Under the pieces are notes generated by a model. That model searched no databases and was not told where the DNA came from. It was given only the letters and a program-made list of their open reading frames with translations. This document shows, piece by piece, positions 25,030 through 36,400 of a stretch of DNA of 64,000 nt; the stretch's first letter is position 1, and every line of letters starts with the position of its first letter. The stretch covers positions 186,001-250,000 of the forward strand of contig NIVC01000452.1 of the NCBI GenBank assembly GCA_002269645.1, read 5' to 3'. The position numbers and the translations under genes were made by a program. The DNA is from Macrostomum lignano (taxonomy: Eukaryota).

Positions 25030-25745
25030 GAGATAGGATGGTAAAGAGAGAGGGCAGAGAAGAAGGGAAGGAGTAAGGAAAGAGAAGTGAGAGGACATTA
25101 GAGATGAAAAGGAGATAAGAGAGACAAAAGAGAGAAGAGAGAAATGAGATGAGAGAAAGATAAGAGATAAGAGAATAGAGAGAAAAGAGGAGAAAAAAGA
25201 GAGTAAAGAAGAGAACAGATGGGAGAAAAGAGATTTAAAGAGAATAGATAATAGGGGAGAGAGTTAAGAAAAGAGAGAGGAGGGAAAAAGAAGAGAGGAG
25301 ATATATAGGCAAAGGGGATAGATAAAAGAAGAGAAGAGAAGAGGGAAAAGATGAAAGGAAAGATGAGAGAGGTGAGAGAAAAGAGGAAAGATGAGAGAGC
25401 TAAGAGAAGAAAGGAAAGATGAGAGAGCTGAGAGAAGAAAAGAAAGATAAGAGAGCTGAGAGAAGAGGAAGATAAGAGAGCTAAGAGAAAAAGAGGAAAG
25501 ATAAGAAAGCTGAGAGAAGAGTAAAGATGAGAGAGCAGAGAGAATAGAGGAAAGATAAGAGAGCAGAGGGAAAAGAGGAAAGAATAGAGAAAAAGTGGAG
25601 ATGAGCGAGATGAGAGAAGAGATTAGAGAGAGCAGGAGAAAGGGAAAAAGAGAAAAGAGACAATAGGAGAAAGAGAGAAGAGGAGACAGAAGAGGAGATA
25701 GAAGTTTCAGAACACCCAAGGGACATAGAAAGATGCAGAGAAGCA
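25030..25745. repeat. Polypurine (GA-rich) low-complexity tract
   Basis: About 700 bp of almost only A and G on the + strand. Confidence 0.9.
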
Positions 25746-27431
25746 AGAGGCCAGATTTTGTTTATACAGGCCTTGGACAGACATTGCCTGTCATTCTATG
25801 GCAACACCAACCAAGAAGATCAATATACCCTCAAATCTTAATTTACGACAAATTTACTCTAATTTTTTTATTTACCTCTATTCTAACTATTAACAAGTTT
25901 TATTGGAGTATGACTTCAGATTTGAAAATATTGTTCCAGGGATTAAAACTCAGTGGGTTCAAAATCTGCAGGTTAAAACAGTTTGTTAAAGTATAAATGT
26001 AACAAACAAGTGATGTATGTTTAGGTCTATATTTAATATCATATATTACCTATTATTACCTATACTATATTACCAAATTAAATCTCCTTTATTTTGGCAT
26101 CAGTCAAAAGTCTCCTTTATTTTACTTGCTCAAAATGTGTAGGCACCCTATATTTGATAACTGTGAGAACAAGCCTCAATAGCAATAGATACAAACATAC
26201 TGACTCAAACAGCAATAAAGCTTTGTCCTATATTTTAATAGGACTCCAGCAATTTTTGAATGTTATTTTTAATATTTAGGGGCCTAGCCTAGTTTAGTCT
26301 ATTCAATATGTCCCATTTGTCTGAATTATAATATAAGACACATTATTCATTATCCTTACTTTTGAAAATTGGACAAGTTACCAAGTAGGCCTAATAAAAA
26401 GTTACAAAACTTTTATTCTTTTTGTATCCTTAATTTTCAACATTTTTGTAATACAAGTATATTTGCCCTTTAGGCCTATTAATTAGAATTAGGCACTGCT
26501 GTGATCATCTTTGCTTGAAAATTTTAGTTTTTTTATTAGGTATACCTTTTTTGGCAAAATAACTTTTTTGGAAATCTTTTATTAATTTACTTTACTGCAT
26601 TAAATTATTTTCAAATAAAAAATAGTAAAATACAAAGTCATTAGTCATTAGAGTTTCGTCAATAGTAATGCCTTACTCAATACAAAAAGTTCCCAAACAC
26701 TTTACCACAGTAAAGTAAAAGATTTCCACTATTTTACTTAACCAATTTCTTTACCCAAAATATTATTTTTAACTTTTTGATCTCTTATCTATTGTTATTA
26801 ATAAATCTAAAAGTAGGCCTAAGCCAAACCCTTTGAAAAAATACCTTTAAAGTCAGCTTTGCCTTTAGTTTAGCTTAATGATAAAGTATATAGAAGGAAA
26901 AATATTGTATAAGAAAATTTACTATTTTTCTATAACCTATATTAGTTTTTTTTAAAACAAAAATGCCTACCAAAAGAGATATAGACATAGTACTAATTAG
27001 ATGCTAAGGCATTTAGCCTTAATAAGATAGTCATGGCCAGTGTAAATCAGGGGGTTGCGCATGTATGTAAGCCTTTAGGCTAAAGATCTTAGCCTTTTAA
27101 CTCCTAAAAAGGTAAGACAAAATCTTAATATAGAAATAAGCTTAAGTTATTTTTTCTTTAGTCTAAGTAACAATAAATTAGGCTAAATTTGCAATAGGAC
27201 TAAACAATAGAAAAAAGGAGCCACTTTTTGTTTTTTGATTATTATTATTTACAATTTGCATTAACTCACATATACTTATTGATTTTTTAAGTCAAGTTAA
27301 CTTCTTTGACTAATCCTTTCATGGACTGTCTTGTTTGTCATCCTGGCTATCGCCACTAGAAACAAGCCTATGCAAATTTGAAACTATATAACCTTTATAG
27401 CTTTATCACCTAGTGCTGCTTCATCAATCAA

Positions 27432-30400
27432 ATGCAGCCATATTTAGGTACCAGCCAATCTAATGGCACTTGTGCCACTTCATTAAGTGGACCAACTTCT
27501 AATAGTAGTGCTATGGACGAGCAGCAAATGGACCTGCTGCTAAGTGTTATCAATGACCAGCAGCAGCAGCCGCAGACTCCGCAGTCTCAACAGTCCAGCC
27601 TTAATGGCGTCCAAGCGGCAAGTCCAGTGCAGCAGCAGCAACAGCAACAGTCTCAGCAGTCATTGCTTCAGCAAGCTCACCAATCTGAGCAGCCTGTTGT
27701 TAGCAATTCCACCTTAACCAATCTGCTGCAGCAAATTCTTCAGCAACAACAACAGCAGCAGCCGCAGCAGCAGCAGCAGCAGCAGCCAGCTTTGTCACTG
27801 CAGCCGGCCACTGCTAGTCAGCTGGCTTACGCCTGCGGCGGCTCTTCAGACTTGAGCAACCTGTTGCAGGCTTTGGCTAGCCAGACTGCTCAAATGCAAT
27901 CGGTTATTTTAGCTTTGTTAAAGCAACAGCATCAGCAGCAGCAGCAGCAGGTGCATCTGCTTCAGCCTCAGCGTCTCGTTCCAGCAGCCAACGATAGCTT
28001 TTTGAAAACCCTGATCGCCGAACTGGAGGTCAAGGCCGAGCCTCCTGAACAGCAGCGCCAATTGACGCCTTCCACTGTGTCAGCCTCTCTGCCTGCCAGC
28101 TCGACTCTCCGGTCAATCTTAACAGACTCTTCTACCTCAGCCGCTATCGGCCGCTATGCTGCACCGCCAGCTGCTTTGAATCTCTGGCAGCATCAGCAGC
28201 AGCCTGCCGAACAGCAAATGCAGCAACAACAGCTTCCATCTGCAGATCAGCTGATATCTCTCTCTAGAGAAGGTGAGAAGTATTGTTTGTGCTGTTGGCG
28301 AATGGGTTTTACAATGCATATTTTTGGCCACGCACTGGCCCAATGACTTCCTGGCCACTCGTGTTAGGGTATAAGTTGAAGTTCATGTGTCAGGGTTTAG
28401 GTTAGGGCTCATGTTAGGGTTTAGGTTAAGGTTCTTATGTTAATGTTTAGGTTGGAGTTTAGGTTGGGGTTTAGTTTAGGCTTTTTGTGTTGAGGTTTAG
28501 GTTAGAGTTAGGGTTAGGACTCTTGTGTTAGGGTTTAGGACAAGGTTAGGGTTTAGATTTAGGTTAGGGTCGGCAGTCGTGGCCAATGCACATTAAGACT
28601 TAACCAGATCAAACGCGAATGATATTTAAACTGAATATAAATATATTTTAGCGCAACCGTCCCAGTGTCTTGTGGCGCCAGTCAGCGCCTCCGCCATCAC
28701 CGTAGCTTCATCGTCTTCGTCTGCGCCGCCTCCGGATGTCGTCGGTGCCACCGGCGGCGGTAGCAGCAGCGGCGGCGGCGGCGGCAACTACAAGTACAAG
28801 CGGGCCCGCGTCTCCGACACTGCCATGTCGTCCTCGTCATCGCCGGCCAGCTCCTCGTGCACGTCGCCCGCCCGAAGCCGGTCGCCAATAACCGTGGTGG
28901 ATTCGGACACCCAGTTGTCAAGTATTAGACGCGACTGCGGCGAGTTGTTCCTCGGATCGGCATCCGAGGAAGAGCCCGGCATTCTGTCTGGCGAAGCGTC
29001 CAGTCTGCGGTCTGAATTGCTGAAGCGGCGGAACTCCGCTGCCGCCGCGGCCGCTGCTGCCGCTGCCGCTTCGGGCTCCAGCTTCGGTGGCGGCCAAGAC
29101 AGGCAGGCTTCGTCTATTGAATACGGCAGCGTGTCCAGGTTGGCTGCTCTTGCATATAGTGCTTAATCCTTGCTACTGTTTTTTGATTGAAGTACTTGCT
29201 GGGCCAGCCTCCCAGATCCCACAGTTGCTGGGCCAGCCTCCCAGATCCTCAGTTGCTGGGCCAGCCTCCCAGATCCTCTGTAGTTGCTGGGCCAGCCTCT
29301 CAGATCCTCAGTTGCTGGGCCAGCCTCCCAGATCCTCAGTTGCTGGGCCAGCCTCCCAAATCCTCTGTTGCTGGGCCAGCCTTCCAAATCCTCAGTTGCT
29401 GGTCCAGCCTTCCAGATCCTCAGTTGCTGGGCCACTCATCCTCTCAGATCCTCAGTTGCTGGGCCACTCATCCTCTCAGATCCTCAGTTGCTGGACCACC
29501 CTCTCCAGTTGCTGGGCCAAGAGCAAAACCAGATTAAAACAAATTTTATCCTATCTTTTTTAGCCCTTCCTAACCTAATCTCCGCATTCTATTAATAAGC
29601 CAAATTCAAATTTACTCAACCGTGTCACAATTGAAAACAGCCTCACTTAATCCGAATCTCCACCCGTATCGCAGCTGCAGGTCAGACGAGGTCACCTCTT
29701 CCCCTGCATCGGTGCACACGAACTTTTCTGGCGACGCAGGCAGCGATAGGCGCCGGTCTGGCAAGCCCAGCCTATTCAACTGCTATCCGAGGAAGCACGG
29801 CCCATTCGAACTGCTAATCGTCTCCCAGCCCGAGCAGCACCACCGGGCTCGGTACATGACCGAAGGCTCGCGCGGCTCGGTTAAGGATCGGTCGCAGCAG
29901 GGCTACCCCACTGTGCAGGTGAGCGGCTTCCTAGTAGATTCTTGGGTAGAGCTGTCCATCCTGTCATTAGCCTCAGGTAGAGCTGCCAACCCTGTCATTA
30001 GCCTCAGATAGAGCTGTCAACCCAGTCATTAGCCTCAGGTAGAGCTGTCAACCCAGTCATTAGCCTCAGGTAGAGCTGTCAACCCTGTCATTAGCCTCAG
30101 GTAGAGCTGTCAACCCTGTCATTAGCCTCAGGTAGAGCTGTCAACCCTGTCATTAGCCTCAGGTAGAGCTGTCAACCCTGTCATTAGCCTCAGGTAGAGC
30201 TGTCAACCCTGTCATTAGCCTCAGGTAGAGCTGCCAACCCTGTCATTAGCCTCAGGTAGAGCTGCCAACCCTGTCATTAGCCTCAGGTAGAGCTGTCAAC
30301 CCTGTCATTAGCCTCAGGTAGAGCTGCCAACCCTGTCATTAGCCTCAGGTAGAGCTGTCAACCCTGTCATTAGCCTCAGGTAGAGCTGCCAACCCTGTCA

Positions 30401-33400
30401 TTAGCCTCAGGTAGAGCTGTCAACCCTGTCATTAGCCTCAGGTAGAGCTGCCAACCCTGTCATTAGCCTCAGGTAGAGCTGTCAACCCTGTCATTAGCCT
30501 CAGGTAGAGCTGTCAACCCTGTCATTAGCCTCAGGTAGAGCTGTCAACCCTGTCATTAGCCTCAGGTAGAGCTGTCAACCCTGTCATTAGCCTCAGGTAG
30601 AGCTGTCAACCCTGTCATTAGCCTCAGGTAGAGCTGTCAACCCTGTCATTAGCCTCAAGTAGAGCTGTCAACCCTGTCATTAGCCTCAGGTAGAGCTGTC
30701 AACCCTGTCATTAGCCTCAGGTAGAGCTGCCAACCCTGTCATTAGCCTCAGGTAGAGCTGCCAACCCTGTCATTAGCCTCAGGTAGAGCTGTCAACCCTG
30801 TCATCAACATCGGTAGACCCGTCAGATACCCTCGAGTAACCAAGCTAAACTGTTAACTGAATCTCTAAACAGATTTAGTTTGCTGGGTGTCTGGTCTGGC
30901 CTGGAGTATGCCGTATTGTATTTTAATTTAGGAGCAACCCGTACTCACAGAACAGTTAACGGCTTGATTAGTAAGCATAACAGTGACCCTTTCTGTTATA
31001 ACTTGCTATAATACCAGGGCGTAATGTATCTCTCATCAGTTACATTGCGTAGATCTACTATTATCTCAGTATAAGTTGTGCTATGCCCTGCATTACACTG
31101 TACTCATTTGCGCATAGGGACAGGCTCGTAGCAAGGCCAGAACACAGCGCGCTCACGCGACCCCTTTAACCTCTCTTCTTTAATCAGTTTAATCAGGTGT
31201 TCACGCAGGCCCCGTATGACAGTTCAAGTGTTAGTACCTGGCGTACGATCCCCGAGCGCTTTTGTCCAAGTCTATATGTAATAGAGAGAACGAAATTCGG
31301 TCGGCATGCCATTGATAAAGCGCTGTGCTGAGCTGTGGGTCTGCCTAAATTTCTACTACAGTAGTTAATACGATATGACTGGTAAAATGTGCTTTGAATA
31401 ATTCTCCGAATTCTGGTCAGTTGGCTAATTCTTTCCTGGAAAAAGCTAGCCTTCAAATATTTTTCTAGGAAATATAAGGTTAATCCCGTCACCAATTTAT
31501 CCGCTTCAAGATTATTTATATATAATAGTAATTCGATTAAATGCTTTGATTAATTCAACAAAGCTAACTGAACATGAAAGCGCTTTGGATTTAGCCATCC
31601 ATAAAAAATGTTTTTGTTAGGATTATGTTTCTGTGTCTGAAACCGGTTGTAGGTGGGTAGCGGTGGCTACGGCGAAGACTGTTGCCGATGCACTTAGCCT
31701 ATTTTTAGATTGCTATATTTACTATTAGGAGTAAGAGACGGAGGGGCAGAGGGTCAGACCGGCTTGGCCCTCTGTGTGCGGCCAGTTTTCTTGCTTTTCT
31801 TGTCCTTCTGCAGATAATGCAGATAAACCCCGACCTTGTCTTAAAGTCCTCATTTCTAACGCGCGGCAATAGATTCTCTTTTAGTTGTTGCTAGCTGCAT
31901 ACTAATTTTAAGATTCGCTGGCTATTTTCAGCTAGTATCGTACATATTATCCGGTAAACTGGGCCAGAGTTAGTGTGTGGCGCCAGAATGCCAGAATGGC
32001 ACCAGTGTATATGTGGCGCCGGAATGAGTAACTGTGTAGCGCCGGAATGAGTAACTGTGGCGCCGGAATTGGTAATCTGGTGGCTCTGGAATGAGTAACT
32101 GTGTGGCGCCGGAATGAGTAACTGTGTGGCGCCGGAATGAGTAACTGTGTAGCGCCGGAATGAGTAACTGTGTAGCGCCGGAATGAGTAACTGTGGCGCC
32201 GGAATTGGTAATCTGGTGGCTCTGGAATGAGTAACTGTGTGGCGCCGGAATGAGTAACTGTGTGGCGCCGGAATGAGTAACTGTGTGGCGCCGGAATGAG
32301 TAACTGTGGCGCCGGAATTGGTAATCTGGTGGCTCTGGAATGAGTAACTGTGTGGCGCCGAAATGAGTAACTGTGTGGCGCCGGAATGAGTAACTGTGTG
32401 GCGCCGGAATGAGTAACTGTGGCGCCGGAATTGGTAATCTGGTGGCTCTGGAATGAGTAACTGTGTGGCGCCGGAATGAGTAACTGTGTGGCGCCGGAAT
32501 GAGTAACTGTGTGGCGCCGGAATGAGTACATGTGTGGCGCCAAAAGGACTGTTCTAATGACTAAACGAGTGCTATATTAGGTCACACATTGTAGGCTACT
32601 AAGTGTTATGTGATCGGGTTTTGTAGACAGTTAGCTAATTGAGAGTTATTAGCTAAGTATAATATTCTATACCATTCCTACAAATATACGATGATCTTCT
32701 GTGTTAGAAGTTTGCGCATTTGCGGCTGGTGGCTAATCTGTGCGGTTGCGGGTGAATGCGGTGTTATAATGAGTTCGGAACTACTGCTAATGCTAGCACT
32801 TATGAGAGAGTGGTGGGGGCATGGCAGATACAGATGCGCTGGCTTTAGCTACAGCACAATGGCTCAATGTCAGGCATGTTGCCTCTCGCGGATAATATAG
32901 TTTTTTCACTTGCTTAACTTCACTTGCTGTCGTAGCATGTATAAAAAATATACCTAATATTATAGCATAGCCTAAACACTGAAGTAAGGAAAGACACTAC
33001 CAATAGTGCACAAGGTACTCTCCAGAAGAGTCTATGCACCGTTGCATCCCCTCAAACCACTTATTGAAGCAGCTAGACCACTATGAACTTGGCACCCCCT
33101 TGAAATGCTTGATGAAGGCCTCGAATGCAGCTTCCAGCCATGAATAACGACTGCCACGCATCTGCTTGATTTGCCGAAACACGAAGAAGTCGCACGGGGG
33201 TCAGATCTGGGCTGTAGGGTAAATGGCCGATCTCTTGAATGCGTTTTTCAGCCAGGAATTCGACCACTTGCCTGGACTCTTGGGCTGGGGGGGGGTTGTC
33301 TTGATGAAGAAGCACACTCCGAGCTCGAGTCCTTGGGTGGCAACTAGAGAGACAACTCAGCACTTTTGGCAGGCAGCAGTTGGTACACCAGTTGCCAGTG

Positions 33401-36400
33401 ACTGTGCGTTGCTGCACAAGTGGCACGGTCGCTAGATGATCAGCTTTCATCACAAAAATGGCCACCATCTGCTTTGCTACGCTGCGCTCTCGCTGCAGCT
33501 TCAATGGTAGGGCGCCTCCAACTGGTGTCCACTGGATCGACTGCTGCTTGGTCTCTGGGTCAAAACTACAGATCCAGGATTCGTCACCACTGACGAGACC
33601 CCAAACCGAGTTTGAGCGGCCACCATCGAATCTGTCAAGCATGGCATGGCACCAAGCCACCCGAGCCTTCTTTGCTCCTCCACCAGATCATGAGGCACCT
33701 AACGTGCAGAAACCTTGCTCAGGTTGAGCCTTGAGTGCAGGATCGTGCGGATGGTTCCCGATGAGATGCCCACTTCTGTCTCTATCTGGGTCACAGTTAC
33801 CCTGGCATCATCCTTAATCATGGCCCGAATGGCAGCAACATTCTCTTCGCTTTCTGCGGAGGTGGGCCGGCCGCTGCACTCTTCATCATCCAGACTTGGT
33901 ACCACTTGGTACCAGACTTGGTAGTGGCTTGGTACCACTGACGAGACCCCAAACCGAGTTTGAGCGGCCACCATCGAATCTGTCAAGCATGGCATGGCAC
34001 CAAGCCACCCGAGCCTTCTTTGCTCCTCCACCAGATCATGAGGCACCTAACGTGCAGAAACCTTGCTCAGGTTGAGCCTTGAGTGCAGGATCGTGCGGAT
34101 GGTTCCCGATGAGATGCCCACTTCTGTCTCTATCTGGGTCACAGTTACCCTGGCATCATCCTTAATCATGGCCCGAATGGCAGCAACATTCTCTTCGCTT
34201 TCTGCGGAGGTGGGCCGGCCGCTGCACTCTTCATCATCCAGACTCCGCTGACCACGTCGAAATGTGGCAAACCACTCAAAAACAGTGTTCCTGGAAGGTG
34301 CTTTATTGCCTAAAGCCGCTTGAAGTCGCTCAAAGCTCTCATACTGCCTTAGACCACTTTTGTAGTCATAGTAAATCATTGCTCTCAAATGGCCTCTGTT
34401 GAGCTCCATTGTGAATTCTCAGTGTTTGAGGGTATGCTAACTTTTCGTGTGCGTAGCACAGGCTTTATAGAGTGAATTTGTCTGAAATCGCACAAATATA
34501 ATCACAAGACGATGTATATAATACCTGCTATGCCAAATTGTGTACATCACCCTCAATTCGTGCATCCAGAAACTTATTGAATACCCCTCGTATTGATGTA
34601 CATGTAATATGGTAAAACTGTTTATAAAACCTTTTGGAATTAGGTCGGATCTGAGTTCAGGCTTTTCGGGATTGGGATCAGGATCAAATGTTATGTGATC
34701 GGGACAGAGAGTTTTTAGGATCGGAATCAAGTGTTATTGGGATCGAGGGTTATCGGGATCGAGGTTTATCGGGATCGGGATCCGGATCGAGGTTTATCGG
34801 GATCGGGATCCGGATCGAGGTTTATCGGGATCGGGATCGAGGGTTTTTGGCATCGGAATCGAGTGTTATTCTGATCGAGGGTTATCGGGATTGGGATCAA
34901 GGGTTTTTTAGATCGAGATCGAGGGTTTTTAGGATCGGAATCAAGTGTTATTGGGATCGAGGGTTATCGGGATCGGGATCAAGAATTTTTTGGGATCGGG
35001 ATCGAGGGTTTTTGGGATCGGAATCAAGTGTTATTCTGATTGAGGGTTATCGGGATCAAGGGTTTTTTAGATCGAGATCGAGGGTTTTTGGGATCAAGAT
35101 CGAGTGTTATCGAGATTGAGAGTTTTCGTGATCGGAATCTAGGGTTTCCGTGATCAGATCCAAGATTTTCGGGATCGGGGTGCAGGAATTTTAGGAATCG
35201 GGATCCCGTACTACTTCTACCCGGTCACAACAGAAGCTGAACTGAAGCTCTGCTTAAATTACGACTCTCCCCAGCTGCGTGTACTAACCGCAACTAACTT
35301 TGCTTAACCTTGCAAACTACGGTATAAGGTCTGAAACTAAAAAGTCGGGGGTTCGATTCTCAACCTACTCTAAGAAACAATCTGTGTCCTTGAGCAAGAC
35401 ACTTGACTCTGCATTGCTTCAGTTCACCCAGCTGTAAAATGGGTGCCAGCATTAGCTGGGGTAATTGAGGGTGTGCGTGGCGACCCCCCAGTCCTTGGAC
35501 CGAACAGCCGTACGCAGCCTTCAGATGCGCCGCGCAATAGCTGTTAGGGCGTAGGTGTAATCAATATAATAATAAATATTATTATTATTGCAAGCTATAA
35601 TAAATAATCCCTGCTCTATGCTCATATTATCCCGCAGCTGATTGGCTGGTCGCAGCCAGCCAGCCTGTCAATTTTTGTTGGCACAGATGTTGGCCGGGTG
35701 AAGCCGCACGGCTATTATCAGGCCTGCAGAGTGTCCGGCAAAGCCACCACGTGCGAGGCGGTAGAAACCGAACAGGAGGGCACCCGAGTGTTGGAGGTGC
35801 CGTTCGATCCGCAGAAGAATATGATACTCAAGTGAGTTATTTGTTAGTTGGATTTGCTTTTTATTTAAAGTTTATGTTTAATGATAATCAGCTGGCTGGT
35901 TACATGCATACTGCCAACTTAGCCCCGTTCTCTCTCTCTCTTTCTCTCTGTGCCACATGCCGCCTCAAGCTTATGATAGTTCTGTATATGTGTTGCACGC
36001 ACACCTGGTTTTACCTAATTTCTCTTATCTATCCACCTGTCGGCGTTCTTTGTTCGCCTACTTAACTTACACTTCGCTTATTAATACCTCTGTTTAAGCT
36101 TGCGAAAAAGTTTGCTTTATTGGTCTAATAGAGAGCTTACTATCTGCATTTCGGACCCTGGGACTGACAAGACTGAAGGGGCGTTGGTGTACCCTAGCCA
36201 CTTTATATATATATAGCTACCGACCGTTCTTAGTTCCAAGCTGCCATTTCCTTGCATATTTTTTTATTACCGCACTTAAAGCGCCATTGTCACTCAACCG
36301 GGGAGAGGCGTTACTGCCCATTTCGCCTTGACTCCCGTTAGGTATGTACACTTCACTGTGCCTCGGGGGGGTTGGCCCTCAAGGCCGTTAATTGCACGAG

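Noticed and set aside
29948-30803. CRISPR-like appearance of regular ~30-bp repeats here and in other arrays
   Set aside because: Units are head-to-tail with no unique spacers, there are no cas genes, and the context is eukaryotic and intronic.
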